DNA of 64,000 bases from the NCBI GenBank assembly GCA_030390025.1, contig CM059432.1:65288001-65352000 (forward strand), read 5' to 3'. This document shows positions 1-14,015 of the stretch, one piece after another; the stretch's first letter is position 1; each line of letters begins with the position of its first letter. The position numbers and the translations under genes were made by a program. The notes beneath the pieces are model-generated. The model worked only from the letters and a program-made list of their open reading frames with translations. It searched no databases and was not told the DNA's origin. This DNA is from Squalus acanthias (taxonomy: Eukaryota).

Positions 1-7
1 TTAGCCA

Positions 8-172
8 TTAATTTCTATGGTGTTCTCTTGATTGTCCACCATACCTTCAGCAGAAAATCTGTGGAATCCACAGAGAAATGGTGTAAAATCCATTTAAGCT
101 GTTTCTCAGGAGCTTCCACAGATCTTCCACCAGATTTATGCCAGACGACCGGGAGGACCACCGGGGAAATTA
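8..172. repeat. Small imperfect palindromic (MITE-like) element
   Basis: Ends ttaatttctatggtgttctc / gaggaccaccggggaaattaa are loosely inverted; a similar left half occurs at ~3367-3450. Confidence 0.4.
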
Positions 173-744
173 ATCCCGCTTGTCTTTTACATGTGCCCTC
201 ACATGTGTTCCTCCAGTTTATCTAAAGGCAGAATAAAATAATTTGGTGAGATGAGGCTAGAAGTGAATCATAAATTGCTTTATTTTGCGGACTGCATGTG
301 AACGAATAGAGTAACTAACAGATGTAATCAAATCTCACTTTGATTCAACTGCTGTTATTCTCCCAAAATAAATAAGGGCATCCTGCCTTAATGGACCTGG
401 GTGAGACAATTGACCCACATTGCATCAGTTACAATAGACTGTGAGCTGTGATGTTCTGCAAACTAGCTCATCTGGCTTTAATGCACATCTTCAATGCCTG
501 CAACCTATGGCTTTATTTTAAAATCAGTGCAAAAGTCACTTTATTTTAAAACAGACACTAATTTAATCTAAATTCCTTTCCATAAAGAAAGAAAAAAATT
601 AATGATCCCAAAACGTGATACAAAGTACAGCTTTTTAACAATTCAACATAAAACTGCTGTGAGAATAGGACAGCAAGCAAGAAAACATTGGACAAATAAA
701 ACAGGAAAGAAATAAAGAACACACTAATGTGGATGATTTCTTAC

Positions 745-914
745 TTGGAGTACCAAAGTATCGGAGTAAAACGCCTTGGGTTGTGGCCTCTCCCACTACA
801 TTTTTGGCCATGCACTGGTATGTCCCCTGGTCAGATTCCTGTGTGTTCTGGATCATTAAGGTACCATCATCTAGTAAATTCAGACGAATGTCATTCTTCA
901 TGTGTAATTCATTG
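745..914 (-). CDS. PXDN: Peroxidasin-family exon, second half of Ig-like domain 1
   Basis: Minus strand ttattctag|C AAT GAA TTA CAC ATG ... ACT CCA A|gtaag; 170 bp; translates (N)[56 protein letters not shown], closely matching vertebrate peroxidasin as I recall it. PXDN versus PXDNL not resolved. Confidence 0.9.
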
Positions 915-1440
915 CTAGAATAAAATAGAGATGTAAACAGTCAAAACGGTCTCAGACTAATTGAAGGAATGGCTGTATTACATCTTTGTGAACTCTTCTG
1001 CTTAACTTTGGGTAAAACACAAAGATCAGGGGAAAGAATTTCTCTGGTTGCTGTGTGTAGCAAAATTGTAAATATATTGAAGCAAAAATCTGTGGCTGTT
1101 TTGGCACATTCCCAGTGTAACTTCAGTGGAAGTAGATTGGAAAGGCGAGAAAGTGTACCAGGATCAAGATACACCTTGGCACAAAAATTTTGGGGGGGCG
1201 CAGGTTGGAATCCATATGCCTAAATGGTGAGGCCTGAGGTGCCCCTGATATTGGGAGTCGGGCATCAGCCAGCAAAGTGTAAACAAAGATTGGGCCAATG
1301 CTAGCATTGTAGCTACCCTCAGGCAAGTGAGGGCCTGGGAGGGAGAAACGGAGGCCGGGGAGGGGGGTGCGGGAATCCAAAGCTTGGGGGGAGGGGGTCA
1401 TCAGAGGCAGTGTCAGGTCGGGAGATCAGAGACCAGAGAG

Positions 1441-2362
1441 GGGGATTGGAGGCTGGAGAGGGGGAATCGGAGGCTGGAGAGGGGGATCGGAGGCTGGAGA
1501 GGGGGATCGGAGGCTGGAGAGGGGGATCGGAGGCTGGAGAGGGGGATCGGAGGCTGGAGAGGGGGATCGGAGGCTGGAGAGGGGGAATCAGAGGCTGGAG
1601 AGGGGGAATCAGAGGCTGGAGAGGGGGATCGGGAGGCTGGAGAGGGGGGAATCAGAGGCTGGAGAGGGGGATCGGAGGCTGGAGAGGGGGATCGGAGGCT
1701 GGAGAGGGGGATCAGAGGCTGGAGAGGGGGATCGGAGGCTGGAGAGGGGGAATCAGACACCAGAGAGGGGGATCGGAGGCTGGAGAGGGGGATCGGAGGC
1801 TGGAGAGGGGTATCGGAGGCTGGAGAGGGGGCTCGGAGGCTGGAGAGGGGGATCGGAGGCTGGAGATGGGGATCGGAGGCTGGAGAGGGGGATCGGAGGC
1901 TGGAGAGGGGGATCGGAGGCTGGAGAGGGGGAATCAGATGCCAGAGAGGGGGATCGGAGGCTGGAGAGGGGGATCGGAGGCTGGAGAGGGGGATCGGAGG
2001 CTGGAGAGGGGGATCGGAGGCTGGAGATGGGGATCGGAGGCTGGAGAGGGGCATCGGAGGCTGGAGAGGGGGATCGGAGGCTGGAGATGGGGATCGGAGG
2101 CTGGAGAGGGGGATCGGAGGCTGGAGAGGGGCATCGGAGGCTGGAGAGGGAGAATCAGAGGCTGGAGAGGGGGATCGGAGGCTGGAGAGGGGGATCGGAG
2201 GCTGGAGAGGGGGATCGGAGGCTGGAGAGGGGGATCGGAGGCTGGAGAGGGGGATCGGAGGCTGGAGAGGGGGATCGGAGGCTGGAGAGGGGGATCGGAG
2301 GCTGGAGAGGGGGATCGGAGGCTGGAGAGGGGGATCGGAGGCTGGAGAGGGGGATCGGAGGC
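1441..2362 (+). repeat. G-rich minisatellite, ~20-bp unit GGAGGCTGGAGAGGGGGATC
   Basis: About 45 tandem units with occasional variants (gaatcaga, gatggg, ggcatc); explains the long low-complexity ORFs in several frames. Confidence 0.97.
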
Positions 2363-2654
2363 CGGCCAGGGGAATCAGTAGCTGCGTCTGGAGGGAAATC
2401 AGAAGCCAGGTCAGGGGTAGTGGCAGTGATCGGGGGTGGGTGAGAGGCGGCCCATGTTCTTTAAATGTGGGGTTGGGAGGAGCACTCCTGCTCCTCCTAC
2501 CTCCACATTCAAGTAAGTGCATTTCAAAAACTTACCTTTTTGGTAGCAGGAATTCCCACGGTCTAGTTTTATTGAGTGTAGCCAATGCTGGCATTCACCC
2601 CATAACTAAGATGTTAATTTTTAATGGGGAAATGTGTTCTTCTGAATTACCACA

Positions 2655-2830
2655 TAGAATCATAGAAATATATGGCAAGAAGGAGGCCATTCGACCCATC
2701 GTGTCTGTGCCGGCCGAATCCCACTTTCCAGCTCTTGGTCCGTAGCCTTGTAGGTTACGGCACTTCAAGTGGATATCCAAGTACTTTTTAAATGTGATGA
2801 GCGTTTCTGCCTCTACCACCCTTTCAGGCA
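2655..2830 (-). mobile_element. CR1 LINE 3' end fragment
   Basis: ERVVEAETLITFKKYLDIHL peptide and catagaatcatagaa tail repeat. Confidence 0.75.
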
Positions 2831-5229
2831 TATTTTTAATTTAATTTAATTCTAAATATTCTAAAGGGAGATACCTGAACTTCTAGTGGTATTTCTCAGT
2901 GGTCTTTTATTATATTACTTTATATTTTAGAACTGATGGCTAGAAAGCAGAAATGCTACATAGAATTCTCCCCTCACGTGACATTGTGATGTCTTCCTAC
3001 AGTGACAAAAATTGATAAAAGGGAATTGAAGAAATACATGAAGGGGAAAAATTTACAGGGCTATGGGGAAAGAGCAGGGCAGTGGAACTAATTGGATAGC
3101 TCTTTCAAAGAGTCGGCACAGGCATGATGGGCTGAATAGCCTCCTTCTGTGCTATAAGATTCAAGGATTCTATGACGTCATGAATCAGAACAATAGAAGA
3201 CTGTGCTTCCCGGTCATGATGTCATTAGAACTGAACTTTATGATGTCACTTAAGGAAGAGTGCTATCTGACATTTAATTCCAAACTCTTTCTAATGAGCA
3301 GATCAACATTGTAATAGTATAAATATGGATGGCAGTGATGTCAGTCAGATCAGACACTTTCACCTATAATTTCTGCGGGGGTTCTCCTGACCTCCTGCCT
3401 TAGTTTTGCCAGAAGATCGGTGGAAACCCCAGAAAAATGGCATAAAAAGTGAATATACGACCCTCTTATATCATTGAACAGTGTAAAGATATCTTCATAG
3501 GATTAAAAGTACACGGCTTCCATTATGGTATTGCTGGGAGAATCCATGAGACATGGCATAAGTGTCAGTTGTGCCCAGAGCCTTGATATCTCTTCCTTTT
3601 TAAAGTGGTTATGTAGCAGAAAACAAAGAGGAATGCTCCACCACGGAATTATGGCCCATGGGTTGCAAAAACATGCTACTGGTTAAATTTCACACTCTGC
3701 AATCAAAAAGATCGGCTTGTCCCTAACTTCTCTAATGCGGGGTGACATTCTTGCACTCTCACTAATGAGTTAATTAAACTTAATCACTGTATCTGTGTGC
3801 TGTTGAATTATATTAGTATCACACATTCAGTAAGAAAATCTAGCCTATTTTTTTCAAAACTAAACATGCTGACAAATAAAGTGACTAATTGAGAATTTCT
3901 ATGATTTATTTTCTTAAAAGCAGTGGAGCAAACAGTACATTAGTCTCTTTACCAGACTAGACCATGAAAAAAGTTGACTGGAGAAATTTGACTCTTTGGA
4001 AATTAAATACATGCACAGTGGCTATGAAGAACCCTCGTGAGGTTAAATGAGAACAGAATGATAAATGGAGAGACTCCCTCTGGACATTTCATAATCAGAT
4101 AACATGCTGTACATACAGAAGAAAAATGAATCAGCTTATGTGGTCCCACTTCCTATAGTTTGTCATGATGATGGCTTTATGACCACATTGACATTATATA
4201 GGTTTTTATAAGTTTCTTTAGGAAACAATTATGAAGTTGTGAGTTTAATTAATAGACCATTCACTCATTATGAATGCCATTAACTCATTTTGATTTGAAA
4301 ATGCAATCTGCTGTACTTTAATATCTTTTCCATTCTTAAAAAAAAGTAACATATGTTTAAGTGCATTGGTTCAGAGGAAGCAGTCAAGTTCTTAAGAGAG
4401 CTTGAAAAGGCAAATAAGGATCATTACTGATGTATACATGATGCGGTATATTGGAAGTAAAAATGGGAGCTACATGTACTGCATGGGTGGGACTTTGGGA
4501 CGTTAGTTGACTTTTAATTCACCATGTCCAAACAGTGTGAACCTTCAATTATCTAATGTCATTTAATGTATTTTCCAGTATTTTGGAATAGACATATATA
4601 TATATTCTGATGTCTATACTGTTTCATATGGAAGAATAGACCCAGCAAGCTGGACAGAAAACTACATCAGTGAATCATGTGCACTGCAGTAATCTATTAC
4701 TAACAGAATAATATACTTGTCTCTTACTACACCTTTTCAGGCTAGAAATTACTGTTTGTGATACTAGCATGATGTTCCTTTGTCCACTGCTTTAATGGAG
4801 GCATTGGCCCATTTAAAACTCAGTTAAAATAGCAAACAGATGCATGTCATACAAACACATCAGAAGATGTTCTCTAATATTGCCAGCAGTAATTTCAAGG
4901 CTTTGGCCTCAAAATGAAGCAGTGATATATAATATAGTATATTGTATAAAGAATAGCTTTTCACTGCAGTAACTGCCACAGAGCCTAGCAATATTCATTG
5001 GAAGATGCCTTGTGTGATTTCCCATTGTGTGCAGTTGGAACTAAGACCTTAGCCTCTGAAACTGAAGAGTAGAAGTGCTCAGCATACTTATAATACATGC
5101 TGCCAAAAAAATCTGATATTCTCCCAGGTGCAGCATCATTGGTCATGTTCCCTCTAAAATTTCGTTGTTGTGCGGGGCCAGTTTTTCAATGCGGGTACCT
5201 ATAAATTTTTTGCGCAGCTGGATTGGTCA

Positions 5230-6985
5230 TGACAGGTAGATAAAGCCTTAAAAAAGGGCAATAACATTTTGTGTTTTATAAATAGGGGCACAGAATACAA
5301 GAGAAAAAGGTAATGACAAACATGCAATAATATATGCAGTTTTAAATACATCATTATAGAAATCAAAGCCATAGAGAGCATTTAGTGTGAATCACCAGAA
5401 CAATACCAGAGATGAGAAACAATACTAATGAGGAAAGACTTGAGATATTGGGACTATTTCCACAGGAGCAGATAAAGCTAAGAGGAGATTTAGTGGGAGT
5501 TTGATAGGGTAGATGATATTTATCCTCGAATCCTAAAAGTGAGACTAAGGAAGGGATTTTTGAGGCATTGTCGATCATTATGAAGAAGTCACTGGACACT
5601 GGGGAGCTGCTAGTGAATTGGAAACAAGCTAATATGGTGCCCTTATTCATAAAAGGTTATAAACAGACACAGAAAAATAGACCCATTAGTCTTACTTCAA
5701 TTCCGTGCAAAATAATGGAATTGATTATCAAAAGTAAACTTGAGGATCATCTTAATAATAAAAACATATAAACAGCAATCAATATGGATTCAGAAGGCTA
5801 AGAACACGTCTGATCAACCCTTCTAATCTCTTTGAGGAAGTGACAATCTAAGTAGACTGTGGAAAGCCCTACGGTATGTTATACTTTGACTTTCAAAATA
5901 CATTTGATCAGATTTCACACGGAAATCTATTAGTTAAGTTCAAAGATGTGAAATTCATGGTTAATCTTGGGAATGGATAAAACAATTGTCTGAAGGGCAG
6001 AAAACAACTGGTACTTGTTAGAGGAGTTATGTTGAGATGGGGAAAGTGAAAGTACTAATTGTAGTGCCCCAGGGATTGGGATTGGAACCACTACACATTT
6101 ACATCAATGACTTGGATACTGAAACTCAATGCAAGATGGTAAAATATGCAGATGATACCAAACAAAGAGTGGGAGTGGAATTGAAACAAATAGTTCAGAA
6201 ATTACAAAATGAGTTGGACAAAATATGTAACTGGGCACAAAAATGGTAGATAAAACATTGAATGCAGCCAAGTGTAAAGTACTGTATATAAGAAAAAATT
6301 ACACCACATGTACTCCGTCAATGGTTTTGAACTAGCTAAGCCTGAAGCTGAAAGAGCCTTAGGAGTCTTAGTAGTCTGATCAACATGTCCAACTAATGCA
6401 GAGCAGTAATCAACAAAGCCAGTAGCATGTTGAATTACACAGCAAAGCAGTAGAATAAATTCAAAGGAAGTCATAATCAAACTGTAGTGCTCTGGTTAGA
6501 CTAAACTTTGATTATTGTATCCAGTTCCAATCACCAAGGCACAGGGGTGACAATATAAGCATTGGAGGTAGTGCACAGAGAAACCACGAGGCTGATCCTT
6601 GGTACCAAAGGTCTGAGTTATGACTAAAGATTTTCAGTCCTGAATGTAAAGTGCCTGAGAGGTGAACTTCTAGAAGTAATATAAGATAGTTAATAGTACT
6701 CAAAAGGTAAATCTGGAAAATTACTTTAAACTAAACTGTGAGCAGGACAAGGAGACACAAGTTGAAACTAGAAAAAGAAAAAAATAGAATTGATATCACA
6801 CAAAGTTCATTTTCACACAAAGAGTGATCAATACATGGAATGGATCAGATGGAGTAGATGTGAAAATTCTGGATTAATTTAAGAACTAATTAGATGCTGT
6901 AATGGTAGGGTTTACGGAAATTCTGGATCAACAAACTAAGAAAGGCTGAATGGCCTTCCTCATACATAACTATGTTGTGATCTTA
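5230..6985 (+). mobile_element. Old degraded CR1 LINE (RT region)
   Basis: Fragments WKQANMVPLFIKG..NRPISLTSIPCK and VPQG..YINDLD..KYADDTK, with many stops and frameshifts. Confidence 0.8.
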
Positions 6986-7083
6986 TGAACAGGGAAAGAC
7001 TATTTCTTCTGGTTTGGGAATCACTAACAAGGTGTCTTCAATTTAAGAATAAAGTTACTAAGAAAGAACATATATTTATTAGT

Positions 7084-7382
7084 TTCCAGTTTTGATGAAA
7101 GGTCATCGACTTGAAATGTTAACTTTGTTTCTATTCTAGACACAAAAGGCATCAAGGGGTATGGGGAGAGAGCGGGAATATGGTATTGAGATAGAGGATC
7201 AGCCATGATCATATTGAATGGCAGAGCAGGCTTGAAGGGACAAATGGCCTACTCCTGTTCCTATTTTGCTATGTTTCTTTCTATGTTTCTCTCTCCACAG
7301 ATGCTGCTTGACCTGCTGAGTATTTCCAGCATTTTATGTTTTTATTTCAGATTTCCAGCATCCACAGTATTTTGCTTTTGTA
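7084..7382 (+). mobile_element. Penelope-derived tail element with degenerate hammerhead, interrupted by a CR1 3' end (~7133-7289)
   Basis: Homologous to 11436-11690; CR1 tail sequence lies between ..aactttgtttct and ctctccacagatgctg. Confidence 0.7.
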
Positions 7383-7384
7383 TA

Positions 7385-7820
7385 TTTAATAATGTCTTTC
7401 ACATCCCCAAGTGTTTCACAGCCAATTAATTAATTTTGAAGTATAATCAAATGTGGCAGCCAATTTGTACACAGTAAGGTTCTACAAACAGCAAAGTGAT
7501 GAATGATCAGTTGGTCTGTTTTGGTACTGAAGGTTATGGAATTAATGTTGGCCAGAACACCTGGAAAACTTGCTATTATTCTTTGAAGAAATGGCTTGCA
7601 ATCTTTACATCCATCTGAAGAGGCAGACAGGGCCTCAATTTAAATTCTCATCTAAAAGATGGTACCTCCTACAATCCACCTCTCCTTAAGTAGTGTACTC
7701 CAACAATGCAGAGCTCCCTCAGAAAAGCATTTAGGTGTCAACCTAGATTATGTTCTCAAGTCCTGGAGTGGGGCTTGAGCTCCTAAACCTCTTACTTAAA
7801 GGCAAGAGTACACCACTGAA
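7385..7820 (-). mobile_element. Diverged DeuSINE (SacSINE1-like)
   Basis: Homologous to the copies at 36305-36762 and 39097-39567. Confidence 0.7.
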
Positions 7821-9637
7821 TTAAGATAACACTTGTGTGAGGAGAGAGGTGAAAATAAATTTGTTTATGCAATGAGCTGTTAGAGGAAAGAATCTTTTGC
7901 TACAATGGGTAGTGGAGGCAGAGATCACTGTTTCTTTTAAGGGAAAAGTAGTTAAAGATGTGTAGTTGGATATATAGGTCAAATGGGAGAGAGAATGGCA
8001 GCGCAATTGTTCTTGCGAAGAGCCAGTACAGACATGATGAACCACCTGGCTACCTTTTGCGCTGTAAACATCTCCAGTTCTACGTACAGCGACTTCACAA
8101 AATACAAGCAGAATTAAAAAAAACACAGATAGATGCTACAATGGGAAGATGGTAGGGTTGGTATTCTAGAAGGATGAAATCAGATAGGTTGAAAGTCTAT
8201 TTTTGATCTTGATTCTGTGAAATTAGTTTTCAATCTGATTTACTCTTACTGATCATAAGTACCACTCCTTACAATTATCTAATATTGACAGTCAGCTGAG
8301 CTAGCTTAGTGCAAGACTTTCCAGGCCTCTAAGCAATGTGAAATCAAACAATTGTTACCAGTAGTCCAGCTAATAATCCTTCAGTCATTACAGATTTTAT
8401 TTTGCTCTGAGCATTAATGATAACATTAAAATAGATATGGCTAAATCAGTGAGCAAATGTGTACAAGACTTTGGTTCTGCAATTACTGTTAGTCTCAGAT
8501 TTACTCACACCTACAAGTCAGCCATAAATTAATTCACTGGAGTGTATGAGTATTTTACAATTTAAAAAATGCTAGCACTTAACTTCATATATATCAAGCA
8601 TTTCTATATTAAGAATGCCACACTTGTCACCTGAGTGTGTGAGCTATCACCAGGAGTCAGGTTGGATGAGGGGGGCTGACATCAGGAGTTGGGCGAAGCT
8701 CAAATTAAATATTTGTGAGGCCACATCTGCCAAGATTTGTTCACTCCACAGTCGGATTAAAGACATTTTCATTATTTTTCTCAGGTAAGTCCCAATTTAG
8801 GTTCTTGAGAAGTGTGAAATCAACATTATTTCAAGGAGAGCTATAATAAGTCAGTTTTTGTCATTACTGCTACTAAATTTGTATTTCATGGTGGGGGGAG
8901 ACTTTCAACTGCCAGCCACCCGTTTCACACCTGAAAAATGAGCGACTGGCAAAGTCCAGTCGGAACTTTGTGCACCCTTTCAACCTCAGGGTGGGTGCCC
9001 AGCACTCCAACCCAAAATAGGTGGGAGGCTGTATAAATATGAAAATCTCCCCCATGAATTCAACAGGAGGCAACCATACTGCCAGGCACAATTTTGATTG
9101 CTAGGTGTTTAAATATCAAAATAATTCAATAAAAATCTTCATTCTAAAGAACGAATTTTGATTAAAAATATACTCCTAAGTGAGCTATGTAGCTATCTTC
9201 CCTCAAAATCTTTTTTCCATCTGTTTATTTTCCAATCCCCACCTTGTTCTCCTGGCCCGAGGGAATCTCCTGCATTGACATATTCCATATTCAGTAGTCA
9301 ATATGATCCAGCCCACACACATCTGTTCAGGTGCTGTCAATGCTCATTGGTTGGTCCACTTGGTGAGCTGCACATTACAAGAAAGAATTCCTCCCTCCCA
9401 CAGACAAAGCAGTCATGGCAGGCAAACCATAGCCAGTAGGGGAAGGCTGAGTGTAATAAGTCATGAGTTCTCCTGGCTGAGAGCCTATTGTGCTCTGTTT
9501 TGATCTTATAAGTAACACGAATCACGATTCAGCATATTACGATAGAGCTGTGTTAACGCATGGCTGACGATATGAGATTACTTAAAGGTACATGACAGAA
9601 TGTGAAATCAATGGTATAGACTGAGCAGGAACAAGTA

Positions 9638-10089
9638 GAAACATAGAAACATAGAAACTAGGAGCAGGAGTAGGCCATTCGGCCCGTCGAGCCTGCTCCA
9701 CCATTCAATACGATCATGGCTGATCATCCAAATCCAGTACCCTGTCCCTGCCCCCTCACACAGAATCCCCATCGAGCCTGCACCGACACATATCCCACCC
9801 TATCCCCGTAACCCCACGTATTTAATTCCCCCTAACATATCCCATCCTATCCCTGTAACCCCACATATTTAATCCCCCCCTAACACTAAGGGTCAATTTA
9901 TCATAGCCAAATCACCTAACCTGCACATTTTTGGACTGTGGGAGGAAACCGGAGCACCCGGAGGAAACCCACGCAGACACGGGGAGAATGTGCAAACTCC
10001 ACACAGACAGTCACCCGAGGCCAGATTCGAACCCGGGTCTCTGGCGCTGTGAGGCACCAGTGCTAACCACTATGCCACCGTGTTGCCCG
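9638..10089 (-). mobile_element. V-SINE (HE1-like) with CR1-derived tail
   Basis: tRNA-like head (TGGCATAGTGG A box, GGTTCGAATC B box), V-domain TGTGTGGAGTTTGCACATTCTCCCCGTGTCTGCGTGGGTTTCCTCCGGGTGCTCCGGTTTCCTCCCACAGTCCAAA, and (TTTCTATG)n tail shared with CR1. Confidence 0.85.
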
Positions 10090-10419
10090 TATTGCTAAAC
10101 CATTTGTGGTAAGTTACAATTGCAGCACTAAAATTTTAGAGTATCTTCTGTGACAAGAAGAATTTTATATCTCAGTGATGTAGAATTTCACATATTTTCA
10201 ATACAATGACAATATTACCATTATTCCATCAAGTGAACAAATGTACAATATCAAAAGGTAACACCTTAAATTAAAAATTGAAGAGCATATAGTAGCTACA
10301 ACTTTCGAATAAGATTTTCATTACAATAAACTGCTCTTTCTTATACATGGTTTATATTAACGATCTAAATTAGTCTCAGAGACTGTATCAGACCCTGACC
10401 TGGATGCCGTGCAAATATT

Positions 10420-11145
10420 GGGCCGGATTTTCCGACCCCCACGGGTGCATACGAGGGGTGTACGCACCCATAGGGGCTGCGCAAGTGCCGGGTTTAGGCA
10501 TGCGAAGCGCATGTGCTAAAACCCGGCACTTGCGATCTGTCAAGAATCCTCTTGACAGATCGCACGCATGCCCTGGAGATGGGCCTCCATGGGCAGAGAG
10601 TTCCGCTTTCTGCACAACTTCCGCCCGCTGAACGCCTTTAAATATTTTACGCCTGGTAAAAGCAGGAGTAAGGCCTGCTTTTACCAGCATAAGAGTTTTA
10701 AAAAATTAAAAATAATTTTTTTTCACTGATTTATAATTTAAAAATACTTTTAAAAAAGGTAAGTTTATTTTTAGCTCTGTAAAAAACATTATTTTTTTTT
10801 TCAAAAATTTAAATTTTTGTTTCAAATATTTAATTTATTGTCATTTTAATTAATTTTAAATATGTGATTTAAAATATATATATTTAATGTTTTACTGTGT
10901 TTTTTTAAGTGATCCCCATTCATACTTTTGACAGATCTGTGCGTAGAGACCTGTCAAAAGTGTGAAGGGGGATTCCCTTCTTTGATTGGTTCCCCATGGC
11001 CCACGTGCTCCCAGCGACGCTTTTCGTAGAGCAGAGGCCCAGGATCGCAAACCTCGGGACCTACGGAGCAAGCAGGTAAGTTCGTAGATTTTTTCCGATC
11101 GGAGGCATTCGCCCGCACGAAGCCTCCGCTCGGAAATTCAGGCCC
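10420..11145. mobile_element. MITE, PIF/Harbinger-type
   Basis: 16-bp TIRs GGGCCGGATTTTCCGA / TCGGAAATTCAGGCCC (2 mismatches), 3-bp TSD ATT, AT-rich core. Confidence 0.85.
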
Positions 11146-11435
11146 ATTGTACCTAATTGTCATAATTTCTTTAGCTAAAAATCACACAACAAAGGACTTT
11201 GGAAGAAAAATAACTTCAAATGAGCTTTACTGGGCCAGTTCTTTAATGGGATAAAACTCAGTTAGGTTTTCCTCCAATATAGAATTAAGATGCATCTCTA
11301 TTGTCTTTAACTCTGTCTGTAAGGATATACTTGCCATAGAGGGAGTCCAGCAAAGGTTCACCAGACTGATTCCTGGGATGGCAGGACTGTCATATGAGGA
11401 GAGATTGGGTCGACTAGGCCTGTATTCACTAGAGT

Positions 11436-11690
11436 CTTTTAATCTCTCCTGCCTTCCATCCTATCACAGACCTTCCCTTTTGTTCTTTACTCCCCTCCCC
11501 GCTTTCCCTGCCCCTGCACTTGCATAAAAATCTGTTACATCTCTAACTTTTTCCAGTTCTGACGAAGCGTCATTGACCTGAAACGTTAACTCTGTTTCTC
11601 TCTCCACAGGTGCTGTCTGACCTGCTGAGTATTTCCAGCATTTTCTGTTTTATTTCAGATTTCCAGCATCCGCAGTATTTTGCTTTTGTT
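11436..11690 (+). mobile_element. Penelope-derived non-coding tail element
   Basis: Homologous to the tail of the Penelope ORF at 61350-61525 and to 40810-41027; abuts a short CR1 fragment at ~11320-11435. Confidence 0.75.
11555..11591 (+). ncRNA. Minimal type I hammerhead ribozyme motif
   Basis: AGTT-CTGACGA-agcGTCattGACct-GAAACGTT-AACT: intact core, stem I AGTT/AACT, palindromic ACGT at helix III; stem II is imperfect. Confidence 0.7.
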
Positions 11691-12959
11691 TTTTTATTTT
11701 ATTTGTTGTCTGCTTAATTCTCCAAAAATATTTTTGTTTGCACGTTGAGCATCGATGCCATCATTTTCTTATTTGGAAAATTTTGCTGAAGTGAATTCAT
11801 CTCGATCACCCTGTCAGCTTTAGTAACTCCTCCTAGATAGGTCCCTCATGATGTCATCCTCACTAATCATTTAAACATAAACATTCAATAGAAATAACAA
11901 GATAGTGCAGCTTGTTATAGTCCCGGTCCAGAACCTATTTCCATGTGGTTGTACTGGCCGATAGTGCGCACCCCAGCTGGGAGGCCCGAGGCCAACCTGA
12001 AATTGTTCCATGGGCCTCATTAACATTTTTTGAGCCAAAGTCTGTCGCGACTCCACAGGCAGCTCATGTATTTTACTAAGATGAATATTGGGCCACTTGC
12101 ATCGCTGGCAGCAGCCCAATGGTAAGTCCCGGGATCGAGGTTGGAGCTGCAACTGGGTAGGGGCAGCCAATCATGAGAAATGTGGACTTGGAGAAGTAAT
12201 TCTGCTCCTCCTGCCCCACAGGATTTTTTCTTACATTTAAAGTTACCTCTTGGTGGCAGCCATTGCTTACGCTGCAGCAACCAGAATCCTGAGTGGAGCA
12301 AGCCCGGCACCCGGTCCGCTCAATCCAAACCAATCTCTGCAAGGGGACCTGAAACAAACGGTTGGCCGATCCTTTACATATGTATGTTGCCTAAGGCCTG
12401 TTTTAGACGGTCACCCGGACACCAGCAAAGCCGCCTTTACCAAGATGGCGGCGCCCTTAATGCAGGCGCAGATCAGACACAGGACATTGTACCCTAATAT
12501 CGGTCCTTTTTGCCCCTGTTTTTCACCCAGAAAATGGGTGCAACAAAGACCAATTTCTACCCAGTGTCTGCTTATAGAGCTTCAGCAATCATCACATGGT
12601 TAGTTTGATGTCAACTTTCTGACAACTCCTAATCTTGGACTTATGTCTATGGGGTGATGTTGAGGGATGGCATATCCCTCAAGAAGGGACGTAAAGTTGA
12701 CCCTGGATGGCTGTTGTCCACTGTCTTGTGGACAGCTTCATACTGGCATAGGCAGAAGTTAGTGAGTAGATCATTCTTCCTGTCACCACAAAATCTTTTG
12801 GCCTGCTACCAGTCCTTCTGAGTCCTGCAGCCCCTAGGATTGCCAACCCCACTTTAAGCAAGCTATTCCAGCTTGGCTGCAGGAGGGAGCTGTTGGATTT
12901 CTCATGCCCCCAATTGGCGAGATGGCTATCAATGCTCCTTGGGTGCTGGCACATGACCG

Positions 12960-14015
12960 ATATTGGCGAATCGAATAACTAGGGCAGTCGACAGGGCTTC
13001 AAACTAAATAGTGGGGGGAAGGTTCAGATGAAGGGGAATTTAGAAAGTCAAAGAGAAAGGAGAAGGCAATAGTGCAGGGTAGCAATAGAGGTAATGATAA
13101 CCAGAGTGTGACAGGAGGAGACAGAGCGTACGAACATAAGCATGCACCAGCAAATAGAGTCAGAGTAGGGAAAAATGGTAAAAAGATAAAATTAAAGGCT
13201 CTTTATCTGAATGCACGCAGCATTCATAACAAGATAGATGAGTTGACAGCACAAATAGAAATAAATGGGTACAGAGGGATCTGGGGGTCCTCATACATGA
13301 AACACAAAAAGTTAGCATGCAGGTACAGTAATTAATTTGGAAGGCAAATGGAATGTTGGCCTTTTTTGCAAGGGGGATGGAGTATAAAAGTAGGGATGTC
13401 TTGCTACAACTGTACAAGGTGCTGGTGAGACCACACCTGGACTACTGCGTATAGTTTTGGTCTCCTTATTTAAGGAGGCATATACTTGCATTGGAGGAAG
13501 TTCAGAGAAGGTTCACGAGGTTGATTCCTGCGATGAAGGGGTTGTCTTATGAAGAAAGGTTGAGCAGGTTGGGCCTATACTCATTGGAGTTTAAAAGAAT
13601 GAGAGGTGATCTTATTGAAACATATAAGATTCTGAGGGGGCTTGACAGGGTAGATGCAGGGAGGATGTTTCCCCTCGTGGGGGAATCTAGAACTAAGGGG
13701 CATAGTTTCAGAATAAGGGGTCACCCATTTAAAACGGAGATGAGGAGGAATTTCTACTCTCAGAGGGTCGTGAATCTTTGGAATTCTTCATCCCAGAGAG
13801 CTGTGGAGGCTGGGTTATTGAATATATTCAAGGTGGAGATAGACATATATTTGAGCTACAGGTCAGTCAAGGGTTATGGGGAGCAGGCGGGAAAGTGGAG
13901 TTGAGGCCAAGATCAGATCAGCCATGATCTTATTGAATGGCGGGGCAGGCTCGAGGGGCCGAATGGCCTACACCTGCTAATATTTCTTATGTTCTTATGT
14001 TCTTCTGTTCTTATG
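12960..14015 (+). mobile_element. CR1 LINE with large internal deletion
   Basis: ORF2 start (LKALYLNARSIHNKIDELTAQI) joined at ~13270 directly to the C-terminal RT region (RRFTRLIP..SQRVVNLWN); (TTCTTATG)n tail. Confidence 0.9.

Noticed and set aside
635..901. 88-aa ORF as a stand-alone gene
   Set aside because: Only 745-914 is exon; the remainder is read-through into intron.
1441..2362. CRISPR-like array
   Set aside because: Tandem units with no unique spacers, in a vertebrate context.
1327..2745. Long ORFs of 323-472 aa in several frames
   Set aside because: Translation of the stop-free 20-bp minisatellite; the same peptides cycle through all frames.
10015..10089. tRNA gene (also ~39495-39567 and ~49010-49090)
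   Set aside because: A/B boxes belong to SINE heads that continue into SINE bodies.
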